From assembly GCA_964188305.1 (NCBI GenBank), contig OZ076896.1: a stretch of DNA of 64,000 bases; one strand, 5' to 3'. Under the pieces are notes generated by a model. That model saw nothing but the letters and a program-made list of their open reading frames with translations, did no database searches and was not told the origin of the DNA. The position numbers and the translations under genes were made by a program. This DNA is from Podarcis bocagei (lineage: Eukaryota). Of this stretch, positions 52,145 through 63,479 are shown piece by piece (position 1 is the first letter of the stretch; the number at the start of each line of letters is the position of its first letter).

Positions 52145-52870
52145 ATTAATTTTGTTGAAAATTTATTGCTTTATTTTCAAAAATGTGTAAAAAAAAAGTG
52201 GTTTTTTGTTGTTTTTGTTTTACAATTAGAATGGTACAATAATACTCGGCAGTAATTTTAACAATATTCCTGGTAAAGAATATGCACAAAGTATAAAAGA
52301 AAAGAAAAACTCCACAAGCCTATTATGATACAAAAACAAACACAGGTTAAAATAAGAATTGATAATCTCGACTTTCTTCTGTGTAAACATGTTAATTTTT
52401 TTTATATATAAAAGTACATAAGACAAGTGAACTACAATGAAAGAAGATGGGTAAAGCTTCTTTTTGTCGTCCCCCCTTACTCCTATTCATCGTTATTATT
52501 TTTTTGGGGGGGATTGTTGTAGTTTAGCTGTAATTTAATTTAATCCTTGGACCCGGTAATCTCTGCCTTGGAATGATTTGCTTAGAATGCGCGTGTTTGT
52601 TAAAGGAAATAATTAAGGGCCACTTCTTTGACATTTAATCTTTCTGCCTATGCAGCATATCGAAATGGCTTTGCATAAATAGGAGGTACTGAAGAGGACC
52701 GAGCCAGGTGGGCCGAAAGACAAAACAAACAAACAAACAAACAAACAAAATGTGGCCTAAATAAAAAATAGAAACAAAAAGTTTCTTTGCCTTCTTTAGC
52801 CGGAAAAAAAAGCAAAAACAGCCCCACTGGGTCCTACCTTCGGCAAGACAGTTTTTTGTGTGTTTTGTTT
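52145..52870 (-). other. FOXD1: FOXD1 3' UTR with tandem polyadenylation signals
   Basis: AT-rich, repeat-free sequence after the stop. Two AATAAA on the minus strand at 52170-52175 and 52162-52167. The end coordinate is approximate. Confidence 0.7.
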
Positions 52871-54211
52871 TTAACAATTGGAAATCCTAGCAGTAAAGTT
52901 CTCGACGTTGGCCAAGGCTGCCCCTTGGTGCAGAGTCCCCAGCGAGGCGGCGACGGAAGAGGACGGAGGCGGCGGCGAGGCGAGCGCAGGCGACGAGGCC
53001 ATCAGGGACCTGGCCAGGACCGGCAGAACGGCCGCCTGCGAGGCGCAGCTGCTGGCGGCCAGGGGACTCAAGCCACCGCCGCCGCCGGCGCCGCCGATGA
53101 TGCTCTCGATGGAGAAAGGCGACCTGGCCAGCGCCGAGCTGCTGCTCTTGGCGGCCGCCGCCTGCAAGGAGGCCGCGAGAGACGGGCTGAGCTGCGCCGG
53201 GTAGCCGAAGCTGGTAGTCCTGGCCAGGTCGGCCGCAGGAGAGGCGGCAGCGGGAGGCAGCAGCGCGGGCGGCGCAGCCGGCAGGACGGGCCCGGCGGCC
53301 GGAGGAGGCGGCGGCCGCGCCTGGGGCTGGAAGGCGAAGAGAGCCGAGGGAGGCGGGTAAGGCGGCAGCTGCAGGCCGTAGGCGCAGCTATAGGGCCCGT
53401 AAGCGAAGGGGGCAGGCGGAGGCGCGGGCGGCGGGTGCTGCTGCTGCCGCGGCGGCGGCGCCTGGTTGGGGTGTTGCTGCGCCGCTTGGAGGAAGGCGGC
53501 GGCGGCGGCGGGCTCGAGCCCCCTGAGGAGCAGGTCGGGCGGCTGCNNNNNNNNNNNNNNNNNNNNNNNNNNNNNNNNNNNNNNNNNNNNNNNNNNNNNN
53601 NNNNNNNNNNNNNNNNNNNNNNNNNNNNNNNNNNNNNNNNNNNNNNNNNNNNNNNNNNNNNNNNNNNNNNNNNNNNNNNNNNNNNNNNNNNNNNNNNNNN
53701 NNNNNNNNNNNNNNNNNNGCCACGCGGGGAACTTCTCGCGGTAGTAGGGGAAGCGGGCGCTGATGAACTCGCAGATCTCGCTCAGCGTCAGGCGCTTCTT
53801 GGCGCTCTGCAGGATGGCCATGGTGATGAGGGCGATGTACGAGTAAGGCGGCTTCACCAGGCTGTTCTTGGCGCCCGCCGAGACGCCGGCGCCCCCTGAG
53901 GCGCTTCGGAAAGAGCCCTGAGGGGAAGAAGAAGAAGAGGAGGAAGAAGACGAGGAGGAGGAGGAGGAAGGCGACCCGGAGCCGGGGGACTCTCCTCCTG
54001 GCCCGCGCGCCCCGGGCGCCTCAGGCAGCGAGGCGGCCTCCTCGTCCTCGTCCTCCTCGTAAGGCCGGCGGCGGAGGGGCTCGTCGTCGTCGTCCTCGTC
54101 GTCCTCGTCGTCTCCCTCGTCGTCGTCGTCGTCCCCCTCGCCCACCACGTCGATGTCTGTCTCCTCAGCCAAGGCAGACGCGGCCTCGGACATCTCCGCG
54201 CTCAGAGTCAT
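52871..54211 (-). CDS. FOXD1: Forkhead box protein D1, single exon
   Basis: ATG at 54211 gives [25 protein letters not shown] (FoxD1-type N-terminus), then an acidic tract, the forkhead start [17 protein letters not shown]...[24 protein letters not shown], an eh1 motif FSIESIIG and the FOXD1-type C-terminus [11 protein letters not shown]. The track's start at 54256 is a non-ATG extension. N gap at 53547-53718. Confidence 0.96.
   Translation of the reverse strand: MTLSAEMSEAASALAEETDIDVVGEGDDDDDEGDDEDDEDDDDEPLRRRPYEEDEDEEAASLPEAPGARGPGGESPGSGSPSSSSSSSSSSSSSSSPQGSFRSASGGAGVSAGAKNSLVKPPYSYIALITMAILQSAKKRLTLSEICEFISARFPYYREKFPAWXXXXXXXXXXXXXXXXXXXXXXXXXXXXXXXXXXXXXXXXXXXXXXXXXXXXXXXXXXQPPDLLLRGLEPAAAAAFLQAAQQHPNQAPPPRQQQHPPPAPPPAPFAYGPYSCAYGLQLPPYPPPSALFAFQPQARPPPPPAAGPVLPAAPPALLPPAAASPAADLARTTSFGYPAQLSPSLAASLQAAAAKSSSSALARSPFSIESIIGGAGGGGGLSPLAASSCASQAAVLPVLARSLMASSPALASPPPPSSSVAASLGTLHQGAALANVENFTARISNC
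53547..53718. other. Assembly gap (172 N) in the FOXD1 forkhead domain
   Basis: N run. The frame is preserved across it (58 codons), compatible with the roughly 54 conserved residues QNSIRHNLS...RRRKRFKR plus a few more. Confidence 0.95.
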
Positions 54212-54930
54212 CGCGGGGCGCAGCCGGGCATGGGAGGAGGGGGCTGCCTGGCACAAGGCTGGCGGGGCGGCGAGGGGAGGGCGCCCCGGCTGGGCTCACA
54301 CGCTTCGCCCCCCGCCGGCCCGCCCGCCCGCCCGCGCTCCCGCCTTCACGCCACGGCCGGAGAAGACAGCGGCGCGAGCGAGGCCGGCGGCGACCAGCCT
54401 CTCCAGCTGGGCACCTCCTCGGCGCTTCCCTCTTCCTCGTCGTCCTCCTGAGGAGAAGGCGCTTGCTTGCTGCTGCCGCCGCCGCCGCCGCCGCCTCCCT
54501 CAGACATGAATGGGTCCAGGGTGGGAAAGGGAGAGCGACTACTATTGGGGAGGGAGAGCGGCGGGCGAGGCGGGCGGGGACGGGGTGGGGGGAAGAGGAG
54601 GAGGAGGAGCGGGCGGCGCCCGCGAAGTCTTGAGCAAGATCTTGGCAGCGCCCGGGCTGAGGCCGAAAGGGGGCGGCCTTTCCTCCTGCCCGCCCGCCCG
54701 GGAGGGGGCCGTCACGTGGCTGGAAACGTCACAGCCGCCGCTGAGAAAACATTCCAGGAATAAAAAAAGAAAAGAGGCGTGCGGAGGGGGGTGGGAGAGA
54801 GAGACTCGGAATTGCGAGCGGGAGAGGAGAGCAAATAAATAAATAAGCGCCCATCTCGCGCCTTGAATAGCCCCATTGTTGAGTTTTAGGGTGGCGGAGG
54901 GAGCCGGGAGAGGCAGCCCTTCCATCTCCA
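54212..54930 (-). promoter_or_regulatory. FOXD1: FOXD1 5' UTR and CpG-island promoter
   Basis: Very GC/CpG-rich. CCAAT (minus, 54544-54548), GC boxes, E-box GTCACGTGGC at 54711-54720, forkhead-like TATTTAT/TATTTGC cluster at about 54831-54846. TSS not determinable. Confidence 0.75.
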
Positions 54931-55033
54931 GCGGGCTACTGCTATCCAGTCAGCCTTGATCCCCTGTTTCACCACCCAGCTCCACCTCGACGGACCTTTC
55001 TGGCTTGGAAACGGGGTGTGTGTCTAATATACA

Positions 55034-55360
55034 GGTCCTGTATACCTGAAGGAGAGTCTCCACCCCCATCGTTCAGCCCGGACACTGAGATCCAGCGCCG
55101 AGGGCCTTCTGGCGGTTCCCTCATTGCGAGAAGTGAGGTTACAGGGAACCAGACAGAGGGCCTTCTCAGTAGTGGCGCCCGCCCTGTGGAACACCCTCCC
55201 TTCAGATGTGAAGAAAAGAAACAGCTATCTTCTCTTTAGAAGACATCTGAAGGCAGCCCTGTTTAGGGAAGTTTTTTTTATATTTGATGCTGTATTGTTT
55301 TTAAGGATAGGGACCCGCCCAGAGTGGCTGGGGAGACTCAGCCAAATGGGCGGGGTATAA

Positions 55361-55413
<53 letters not shown>
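55034..55413 (+). mobile_element. L2-clade LINE 3' fragment with (ATT)n tail
   Basis: REVRLQGTRQRAFSVVAPALWNTLP...FRRHLKAALFRE; tail at 55361-55413; same family as the 8.3-8.8 kb copy. Confidence 0.88.
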
Positions 55414-55414
<1 letters not shown>

Positions 55415-56598
55415 GCCGCCTTTGGAACGCCAGGACTCCACCGACACTATCCGATTCCCCCCCCCCCCAGAGAAAGAGAAAACGCTCGATCTGACCGAGG
55501 TGAGAGAGGTCTCCAGGCCCGCCCTGCGTAACGCAGCTGGCGAGGAGGAGGCAGGCAGGAGGCGGCCCCGCGGAGGTGCTCGTCGTCCCACCCCTGGACC
55601 GGACAAGCGGGTTTCCTGGTCGTGGGAAGCTGGACGGAGTGCCGCGTTTGTCAGAAGCCTGTGCTCCTCCTGCCGAGCTGAGTTTACGCCGGGGAACCGG
55701 GGACTGTCGTCCGCGTCTCCGGTGCGCTGTCAAGGGCTCCAGCTACACGCTTGCTGTCGAGGAAAAGGAGGAAGGCGCACGCAAACACACCAGGGGAAAA
55801 AGGTTTTAGGTCCAGCAACCATTTGAAAGGTTGCTCCCAGTCCCCTTAAGTGATCGTGTGCAAATAATTCCAGTGAAATTCGTCAAGAACTTTTCCAAGC
55901 TGGGTCCTCCGCATATGCAGCCGAAGGACACGATTCTGCGGGGACTTCTCCTGCGCAAGCAACGCTTCCCATTCATTTCAAGGAGGGGGCGTGTGCGGGA
56001 CAACTTCCCGAGGGCTTGTTGTTCCGAAAGAAACCGCTCTTAAAGAATAACAAATTATTTCCCCCCGGAAACAGACGACGGGGATTCGAAGCTAGAAATG
56101 TTCCAAATTGAAGAAAAGAAAATTAAACGGAGAATGTGGGAGATGAATAAGATCCAATTTATGTGAAGCACATGAAAGTATTTGGTTTACACACACACAC
56201 ATTCTATTTTACACCGTAGTGAAAGCAAAAGAACGCAATAGAAGGATATCAAAATAAGAGCTCGACACTCTGATCCTAAATGAATTCCCTCAGAAATTCC
56301 AATGGAATTAAAGAGAGTTCGCCAGAACAGGTTTGGGAGAGCAGAGAGCGCCTGATATTGTCATTCCTTTTATTCATTTGTTTCCGCGAATTTTTCCTGC
56401 CCGGTGAAGAAACCTGATCGTCACCGGTATCCTAAAGTTCAGGACCTAGAATAAACCTCTCGGAAAATCTTATTTATTTCCTTGCATCTTTTACTTCCGA
56501 CCAGAAGTCTTCAGAAATTATAGCTGCTTCACTGTTCTTAACGCTGCAGTCCATTAAGGGTGATTTAAAATATGGTTTGTTTGGGGATTTAATGAATA

Positions 56599-56761
56599 NN
56601 NNNNNNNNNNNNNNNNNNNNNNNNNNNNNNNNNNNNNNNNNNNNNNNNNNNNNNNNNNNNNNNNNNNNNNNNNNNNNNNNNNNNNNNNNNNNNNNNNNNN
56701 NNNNNNNNNNNNNNNNNNNNNNNNNNNNNNNNNNNNNNNNNNNNNNNNNNNNNNNNNNNNN
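56599..56761. other. Assembly gap (163 N)
   Basis: N run. Confidence 0.99.
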
Positions 56762-58604
56762 AAAAATAACTAACATATGAAACACGTTTCTTTTAAATCA
56801 GAACATTATTTACAATACACTGAATACAATACTACCCGCACAGCACAATCATTTGCCATATTTTTTTGGGGGGGGGGTGTGATAGTGTCGCATATAAAGA
56901 GTTTATCCTGAATAAAATATAATGATAGGAAACTTTCCCACAGATTCCTACCGCCCCAAAATATGACCAAAGGTTCCTGAAGTGAAATGCTGTCCTCGTA
57001 CCGGGAAGCCTAACTACTTTCTGTAGGAAGAAGATGCACATTTAGCAAATGAGTGAAAAGACAGAAGTCCCGCTTTTTCGTAAAAGTGTTCCAGGCGGTT
57101 TACAACACCATAATTTGGAGCCATCTAAGTGGTGGGATTCCCCCCTCCCCAAATTACGCCTGTAGCTTGGCCTTATGATCAGCCAGAACTCAGGCTGTCA
57201 AAATACAGTTAAGAATTAACAGATGTCACGAAAGTCGGTGGCGAAAGTCCCACATATCTTAACCGAGCGGGGCTTTAACATCAGGTCCTTCTAGTCAGGC
57301 TTGTTTGCCAACTAGTTTTATCACCAAATATTTTAGAATAAAACACCTACTCTCACAAGGAGTCGGGCATGGAGAAACGAACAATTTATAGCTATTTAGG
57401 ATGATGAGTAAGAAAGCAAGACGTTTATTTCCCTCTTATACAGCTTTTTAAAAAGAAATATACCAAGTTGAAAAGTCTTCTACAGTGATGATGATGATGA
57501 TGATGATGGTTTCACTTTTCCAAATGTTTAGTGTTTAGGTTGGAAGTAGGTGACCTGCGAGAGGCAGACTTAGAAGAATTTAGTTGGAAATGTCTGATAT
57601 TATGGGGTGCTAAGGAATTGCAGAAGGATACTATACCAAAGTCTTTAAATGCAACTGAAGAATGTATCTAAATTGGGATGGAAGCGGGTGCATATTTGCT
57701 TGGTAGTAAGTCGCAATGCAATCAAGAGGGCTTACACCCAAGCAAGCAAGCAAGCAAGCAAGCGGGTCTCAGCTTTGCCGCCTGAGAGTGAAGCCTGAAC
57801 TTATTCTCATTCACATCGCTGAGACTTGAAAAGGTTCATCTGGAAGTGGAAGATGTCTAAGAGAGCCAGGCAGGCGTAAGTCCCACCATCGTAGCCTCAA
57901 CCTGAAAGCATTTAATTGGGCACGAACCTCACCAATTTCAACAAAACATCCCTCCAAGTAAACGTGCTTAGGATCGCAGCCTAAACACCAAAGAAGAAGA
58001 GCCAAGATTAAAATACTGGGCGATCAGGTGAAACCCACCAAAGGCCCTCAGTCAATCAGACACAGAAATTCTACCCATTTCCTTTGGAAAGCTGCCTGCT
58101 GGAGATCTTACTTTTAGGTCAAGCCTGATCTCACCTCGGGTCGTATTTCTGGGGAAGAGAAGGTTGTATTGCTTTAGCGAAGCTCTCCCGCTCTTAAATG
58201 CTGCTGGAGAGCCGCTTTTCCCAACGTGGCGCCCGCCAGGAGTTTTGGACTCCAACCCCACCAGCGGCTGGGGATCATGGGAGTTGTAGTCCAAAGCATC
58301 CGGAGAGCGCCAGGAAGGCTGCTTTGGGGCTCCCTGTTGTAGCTCATCGATCACATCTGTCTCTCACCCTTCCTCCAAAACCTCGGTGGGGGAGGCGAGG
58401 CAAGCACCCAAGGCCACCCCCCATGAGAGGGGCGAGCAGAGGGGGATGCGGGAGTGTGGAGAGACGGGAAAAGGCCCGGTGCCCAAAGGAGGGCACTGCC
58501 AGGCTCTCCAGAAACTCCCAGCGCAAGGAAGGGAGCAGCGTCGTCATGGCCTTTGGGCTAAATCTTTGCTTGCTTCAGACGGTACCTTGCGAGTGAGCTT
58601 GCAT

Positions 58605-58723
58605 CCTCCCTCTAGTGGTTGTCTTGCGCAATTACCCGCCTTCCCTCCTGGCGCAGCAAATCTTTTTACCTTATTTTTTCCGGAGGTCCGACCTAGCAGG
58701 TGAAGAGCGCCATCTAGAGGCCA
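58605..58723 (-). promoter_or_regulatory. Two co-oriented CTCF-like motifs
   Basis: Minus-strand AACCACTAGAGGGAGG (58605-58620) and TGGCCTCTAGATGGCGCTC (58705-58723) in a small CpG-rich patch. Confidence 0.6.
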
Positions 58724-59184
58724 CGGGCCCGCAGGGAGCGACGGGCTGCTGCGCGAAACTTGACCGGTCTCACCGAGGGCGAATGCAAGTCAGACATTAA
58801 AAAGCATTGCCATTAGGCGTCCTCACGGCAGATTGCTTTAGACGCCTGTTGAAAACCGCTTTGCTTCTGTCAGCCTATCCAGACGCACGATGGGAGTTAG
58901 TCCGGGAGTGTAACCCGAGGGTTTGCCAAGCATATTGGAGTCAGAGCGGTGTGGTGTTTAGAGCGTTGGAATAGATGGTCAATTCTGCCCTCAGCCAAAC
59001 ACTATATTCATGCGTAAACCAGGGGCGAAACGAGGCTTTATTTCACACGGGTCAAAGACTAACTTTGGCACCCTCCCACGCGCAGCGGGAACCTCTGGAG
59101 GCTTCACCCAGGGCAAAAAACCTGGCTAGCTCCCCCCCCCCCCCGCCTAAACTACCTTACAGGGTTGTTGTGAGGATAAAATAT

Positions 59185-60082
59185 TGTTGTTGTTTAGTTG
59201 TGTCCGACTCTTCGTGGACCAGAGCATGCCAGGCACTCCTGTCTTCCACTGCCTCCCGCAGTTTGGTCAAACTCATGCTGGTAGCTTCGAGAACACTGTC
59301 CAACCATCTCGTCCTCTGTCGTCCCCTTCTCCTTGTGCCATCCATCTCTCCCAACCTCAGGGTCTTTTCCAGGGAGTCTTCTCTTCTCATGAGGTGGCCA
59401 AAGTATTGGAGCCTCAGCTTCACGATCTGTCCTTCCAGTGAGCACTCAGGGCTGATTTCCTTAAGAATGCAGAGGTTTGATCTTGCAGTCCATGGGACTC
59501 TCAAGAGTCTCCTCCAGCACCATAATTCAAAAGCATCAATTCTTCAGCAATCAGCCTTCTTTATGGTCCAGCTCTCACTTCCATACATCACTATTGGGAA
59601 AACCATAGCTTTAACTATATGGACCTTTGTTGACAAGGTGATGTCTCTGATTTTTAGGATGCTGTCTAGGTTTTGTCATTGCTTTTCTCCCAAGAAGCAG
59701 GCGTCTTTTAATTTCGTGACTGCTGTCACCATCTGCAGTGATCATGGAGCCCAAGAAAGTAAAATCTCTCACTGCCTCCATTTCTTCCCCTTCTATTTGC
59801 CAGGAGGTGATGGGACCGGTGGCCATGATCTTCATTTTTTTGATGTTGAGCTTCAGACCATATTTTGCGCTCTCCTCTTTCACCCTCATTAAAAGGTTCT
59901 TTAATTCCTCCTCACTTTCTGCCATCAAGGTTGTGTCATTTGCATATCTGAGGTTGTTGATATTTCTTCCGGCAATCTTAATTCCGGCTTGGGATTCATC
60001 CAGCCCAGCCTTTCGCATGACGAATTCTGCATATGTTAAATAAGCAGGAAGACAATATACAGCCTTGTCGTACTCCTTTCCC
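59185..60082 (-). mobile_element. BovB/RTE LINE 3' fragment with disrupted RT
   Basis: GIKIAGRNINNLRYANDTTLMAESEEELK (catalytic YADD reads YAND) plus frameshifts; (CAA)n tail; inserted into a MIR-like SINE core. Confidence 0.93.
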
Positions 60083-60990
60083 AAATATGTGCGGCTTTTT
60101 TGGGGGGCGGGGAGAGAAGTCATTGGAGGAAGAATGCATGAAAACGCCTCCTGCAACATGGTGATGAAACATTTGGACAACAGAGTCCTTGTCTCTTCTT
60201 GTTTTTGACTTGCTTCCTATTCCTTCATCCTTAGGTATGTGAGCTACATTATTTTCTTATTAATAGAAATGCAGAAACAAAGTAGGACATTCCAGTTTTC
60301 ACAAAGTTTACAAGCAATTATTTCACAGGAGAGTGTTATTGAAGCAGAAAAGTTAACTTAATTTCTCTGATTTCTAACCTACTGCATATAAAAATGATAC
60401 AAACTGATGAAAAACAGTATAGCGTATTGGGGTTTACTGCTTCCGCAATACTTCATTAAATGTGTTCCAAACCTGTTTTTCTTCTCCAGTATGTTAGGTT
60501 TGCCATGAGAGTGTAGTAGTCCCATAAATATCCAACCAGTCCTTCATAATATGCTGACTCCATTCTTCTTGCATAAAGTATTCCTGTCCACACCATAATA
60601 TCCTAGCAGCAAGAGACTCCAAGGGTTCCAGGGTTTGGTTTCCTCGAACACAAGGTCAATAGAGACTGTGGTGTCTTAAGGATAAATTGTTTTATTTACA
60701 CATATATACAACCTGAACATAGGGTGGAGGGACCCCAGCCGAACTTGCTTCCCTGTGAAGTTTCCAGGGAAGCCCCAACCACAGCCAACCCCAACCATGA
60801 ACACATGTACAAACTGACAGACAACCAAGTTACAAAAACATGTAGAATTTCAAGCAATTAATGCACACTACCCCATGGATCTACTCCTGAATGGACATGC
60901 ATAGAATTATGTTGTGAGGCCATTTTATGCAGACCCTGATGGTCCTATGAAGTTTTACTCAGTGTGGGAATATGCACATAGTAAGGAAAA

Positions 60991-61336
60991 GACGCGGGTG
61001 GCGCTGTGGGTTAAACCACAGAGCCTAGGACTTGCCAATCAGAAGGTTGGCGGTTTGAATCCCCACGAGGGGGTGAGCTCCCGTTGCTCGGTCCCTGCTC
61101 CTGGCAACCTAGCTGTTCAAAAGCATGTCAAAGTGCAAGTAGATGAATAGGTGCTGCTCCAGCGGGAAGGTAAATGGCGTTTCCGTGTGCTACTCTGGTT
61201 CGCCAGAAGCGGCTTAGTCATGCTGGCCACATGACCCAGAAGCTGTACGCCCCTCGGCCAATAAAGCGAGATGAGCGCCGCAACCCCAGAGTCGGTCATG
61301 ACTGGACCTAATGGTCAGGGTTCCCTTTACCTTTAC
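60991..61336 (+). mobile_element. Sauria SINE, full length
   Basis: GACGCGGGTGGCGCTGTGGGTTAAACC head, CCTTTACCTTTAC tail, TSD TAAGGAAAA (60982-60990 / 61337-61345). Confidence 0.92.
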
Positions 61337-62554
61337 TAAGGAAAAGAAAACAAAGTTTTCAGGTCATAAGATAAATATATTCCAAGTAGTTTTAATTGCT
61401 TTGTAGGATGAGGGTCAAAGTTCCAGCAATGCTGTTCAGATACTCCTAGGAAACCCAAAAGAGGAACAGGATGGAGATCTGCACTCCCTTGTTTGCCATC
61501 AACATCTGGTAACCAAAGGTGCATTTGATTATCTGTATGGAACATTAATACATAGATGATTCATGTTTGACGCTTGTGTCTGGAAGTCATTCCAAGTCTG
61601 AGTGCATTTCACTGAAAGTACTATTTATTTTCCACAGAAATTAGCTTGCAAATAAGCATTTCAGAAACACTTGGTATATATTGTTACTTGCATCTTATGT
61701 TTATATAAGGAAAACAGAAACTCAAATAGGAACTGAGAACTGTTGTACCAGTGTTGGATTGCGTCTCATTAGTAATGTACTTTTTGCATCTGGTGATTCT
61801 GGCTAATGTTCTTGTTTGCGAGTTTGTAGCTCAGCCACATTCCTGGATGTAATACTGGGGTGCCAGGTGTTACTGCCTCCCCAACTCTCCCTGCAAGGAA
61901 AAAAGTGAGTATCAGGGAAGAAGGTTCACCTTGCTTATTGCTGTGCTTGTCTTCTTCTTGCAGGGAGCTCTTTTTCCATAGGGAAATATTTAAAAAGTGT
62001 GCATGTGGACTGAACTTTGATTTTACCTTTAGCGCTAAGAGTTTTCAAAATTGCTTTGACTAAAGCTGTTGATGATGATGCCAACAATCACTTTCATTTA
62101 TTGCAACTTAGGTCTGTGTGGTGTGAATCAGGCTACCACAGGGATGGAATTCTAACTCAAGGTGGAGATATATGAAACACCAAAGACATTACAACTATCC
62201 AAGGCACCTCAGATGCCACAGGACTCTGGTTCAAATCCCCACTAGGCTATGAAGCTGAGTGAGCAATACAGGGCCAGTCATTCTCTCTCAGCCTAGCCTA
62301 ACCCACCCTCACAGGATTGCTGTGAGGGTTAAATGGGCAGGGTAGGAACCATATGCAATGCCAGGCCTATTTTTCAAGAAAAAGAGGTGCTGCCGGAACC
62401 CTTGTGCTCTTATAATGGGCAATGGTGCCCACCTGAGAGGTGCTGTGAGTTCCAGTGAGTTCTGGCTGAAAAAAATGCCTGTGCAAATGCCTTGTGCTTC
62501 CTGGAGGTTAAACTAATGTATTAATTCTGGAGCATTCTGAACCCTGCTGTAGTA

Positions 62555-62799
62555 CAGTGGTACCTTGGGTTACATACGCTTCAGGTTACGTATGCTTCAG
62601 GTTACAGACTCTGCTAACCCAGAAATAGTGCTTCAGGTTAAGAACTTTGCTTCAGGATGAGAACAGAAATCGTGCTCCGGCGGCACAGCAGCAGCAGCAG
62701 GAGGCCCCATTAGCTAAAGTGGTGCTTCAGGGTAAGAACAGTTTCAGGTTAAGAACAGACCTCCGGAACGAATTAAGTACTTAACCTGAGTTACCACTG
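62555..62799 (-). mobile_element. Tc1/mariner MITE, copy 3 (opposite orientation)
   Basis: TIRs CAGTGGTA...TACCACTG, TA duplication; reverse complement of copies 1 and 2. Confidence 0.9.
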
Positions 62800-63288
62800 T
62801 AAAGGTGTTAAACTGTATAGATATATAAAACAGAAAAGTAGACAGAAAGTTAATTATGTGAATACTTCAGTTGTGCTCTATTAACACAGAAACCTCTCAA
62901 TAAGAACTAAATGGCCTTCACAATAAATAGGTAGGCTAGGCGACCAGTTTCCCTGGTTTTCCTAATAGTAGTAGTAATTTGTTTATTTATTAAATTCATA
63001 TGCCACCCTATACCCACAGGTCTCAGGGCGGTTCACAGGATAAAATCACAGGATAAAAATCACAAAATACATAATAAAAACCAACCAACCAAGAACAACT
63101 CAATCATGCCCCCCTGCAAATCATCAGAGGGAAAACAGAATTTAAAACACACACACACACAATATTTGCAATGAAACATATAAAATTAAGCACCCATCAG
63201 GTATCGTCAAGGAATCTTTGAAAAGGTAAATTTAACTGTTTTTCAAATCCAAAGATTTTAGCCATTGCTTTCCCCCGCCGCACAATTG

Positions 63289-63407
63289 CAGTGGCGTAGC
63301 GTGGGGGGTGCAGGGGGGGGCGGCCGCACCGGGCGCAACATCTGGGGGTTAGGGGGCGCAAATTACTTGCCTTGCCCCGGGTGCTGACAACCCACGCTAC
63401 GCCACTG
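63289..63407 (+). mobile_element. hAT MITE (119 bp), short form of the 36957 element
   Basis: Same 17-bp TIR; 8-bp TSD CACAATTG (63281-63288 / 63408-63415). Confidence 0.92.
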
Positions 63408-63479
63408 CACAATTGTAACCATTCATAGAAGCTCTTTGATCCAATCTGTTAACACCACGATATGCCACGACCAGTCGTT

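Noticed and set aside
52787-53899. 370-aa plus-strand ORF
   Set aside because: Antisense shadow of the GC-rich FOXD1 CDS; non-ATG start, spans the N gap.
54212-54256. N-terminal extension of FOXD1 in the ORF track
   Set aside because: Starts at a non-ATG codon; the conserved start is MTLS at 54211.
58975-59892. 305-aa ORF and similar ORFs at 19467 and 27494
   Set aside because: Antisense reading frames of BovB fragments.
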